From NCBI RefSeq assembly GCF_009914755.1, contig NC_060947.1: a stretch of DNA of 64,000 nt; one strand, 5' to 3'. Position 1 is the stretch's first letter. Every line of letters starts with the position of its first letter. Below, one piece after another: positions 62,291 through 64,000 of the stretch. The position numbers and the translations under genes were made by a program. This DNA is from the human T2T-CHM13v2.0 reference genome, Homo sapiens. The notes under the pieces were generated by a model, which was given only the letters and a program-made list of their open reading frames with translations, was not told the origin of the DNA and did not search any database.

Positions 62291-63186
62291 CCAACAAATT
62301 TACAAGAAAAAAACACACAACCCCATCAAAAAGTGGGCAAAGGATATGAACAGACACTTCTCAAAAGAAGACATCTATGCAGCCAACAGACACATGAAAA
62401 AATGCTCATCATCACTGGCCACCAGAGAAATGCAAATCAAAACCACAATGAGATACCATCTCACACCAGTTAGAATGGCAATCATTAAAAAGTCAGGAAA
62501 CAATAGGTGCTGGAGAGGATGTGGAGAAATAGGAACACTTTTACACTGTTGGTGGGACTGTAAACTAGTTCAACCATTGTGGAAGACAGTGTGGCGATTC
62601 CTCAAGGATCTAGAACTAGAAATACTATTTGACCCAGCCATCCCATTACTGGGTATATACCCAAAGGACTATAAATCATGCTGCTATAAAGACACATGCA
62701 CACATATGTTTATTGCGGCACTATTCACAATAGCAAAGACTTGGAACCAAGCCAAATGTCCAACAATGATAGACTGGATTAAGAAAATGTGGCACATATA
62801 CACCATGGAATACTATGCAGCCATAAAAAAGGATGAGTTCATGTCCTTTGTAGGGACAAGGAGGAAGCTGGAAACCATCATTCTCAGCAAACTATCGCAA
62901 GGACAGAAAACCAAACACCGCATGTTCTCACTCATAGGTGGGAATTGAACAATGAGAACACATGGACACAGGAAGGGGAACATCACACACCAGGGCCTGT
63001 TGTGGGGTGAGGGGAGCGGGGAGGGATAGCATTTGGAGATATACCTAATGTTAAATGATGAGTTACTGGGTGCAGCACACCAACATGGCACATGTATACA
63101 TATGTAACTAACCTGCACGTTGTGCACATGTACCCTAAAACTTAAAGTATAATAAAAAAATAAAAATAAAAATAAAAAAGTTAAAA
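62291..63186 (+). mobile_element. 5'-truncated L1PA4/5-like element
   Basis: Open ORF2 C-terminus (62346-62948), 3'UTR and A tail; 16-bp TSD aaaatgaggaaaatta at 62275-62290 and 63187-63202; TT/AAAA endonuclease site. Confidence 0.95.
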
Positions 63187-64000
63187 AAAATGAGGAAAAT
63201 TAAAGTGACAGAAGTGAAAACTTAGTACATCTTCTACCTTCAAATGCCATGCTTGTTTTCTACCCATAGCAGATAGACATAATAAAGATATAATTCTGCT
63301 GATATGGATTATATTTCATCCTCTTCCAAATTTATTACCTGAATCCCTTCGTAGATTCTTAAAGACCTAACCTGCCTCTGCCAATTTTCACAGGCTGCCT
63401 TGTACAAATACAGCAAATTCCATAAGCTAAGGCCTGCTTCTCAGCTCTACCACTTAACAGAACTAAGAAATCAAAGGCTGTAGTTTGGCAAATGAACTAA
63501 ACTTACGTTTCCCTAATCTACACCTCCAGTCCTGATACCACCCAAGCTCCAGTCCTGATTTTTCAGTGGCTTTTGGATATGTCCCCTGTACGTCACTCTG
63601 TCGCCTCAAACTCCACATGCCTCAATTGTATTTATCATCTCCTCCTTCTCATGCTACTAGACACCACCACTTCTCCCTGAGCCCACCATTCCTGACTTCT
63701 CCTGATCTCCAAAAAAGTGGGTGCATGAGTCTCACTCGCAGGCTACATGATCACTCCTAAACACCAATATTTTACCTCTTGATTCATGTTTGTGCTTTAG
63801 TGATGTCATGAACCTCAAGAACATTCAAAACCAAGTGTGTTAAAGCTGTGGGTGCCAGTGTCTGAGGGTCCACAGCTTGCTACTCAATATATTTAAGATA
63901 GTGTCACACTGGCACCTCAAACTAACCACAGGAATAACTGAATCCATGGGCCTCTCCACCTCCACCACAAACTGTTCCTGATTCCTTGCTCCCTTATCAT

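Noticed and set aside
62346-62948. Longest ORF in the track (200 aa)
   Set aside because: It is the C-terminus of L1 ORF2 in a young 5'-truncated L1PA; an open frame is expected from low age, not evidence of a gene
63524-63559. 13-bp direct repeat ctccagtcctgat
   Set aside because: Too short to separate from ordinary slippage duplication

Overview
Primate (human-like) genomic DNA: AT-rich and CpG-poor, probably intergenic or intronic, and dominated by transposable elements. These include AluY/AluS/FLAM, L1PA/L1PB/L1M, L2, MIR, MaLR/ERVL/ERV1/HERV-K LTRs and hAT MER elements. I find no credible cellular protein-coding gene, structural RNA gene or CRISPR array. The ORFs in the track are either broken L1/Alu/LTR frames or look like chance ORFs. 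Repeat family names come from recalled consensus sequences, not a database search, so subfamily calls and boundaries of old elements are approximate. I cannot support a new gene system here. The unexplained signal is structural: (1) two short near-perfect local copies of sequence 0.85-1.7 kb away, which look like templated-insertion repair scars, one inside a foldback/palindromic (TA)n tract; (2) a TSD-flanked candidate L1 3' transduction; (3) a tail-less composite of two L1 subfamilies inserted precisely into an older L1; (4) an MLT2-LTR / MLT1-internal / MLT1-LTR chimera. Weaker signals are a MEIS/PBX-HOX/FOX motif cluster, GAS motifs in a MER41-like LTR, a miR-1302-like MER53 hairpin and two candidate micro-exons.
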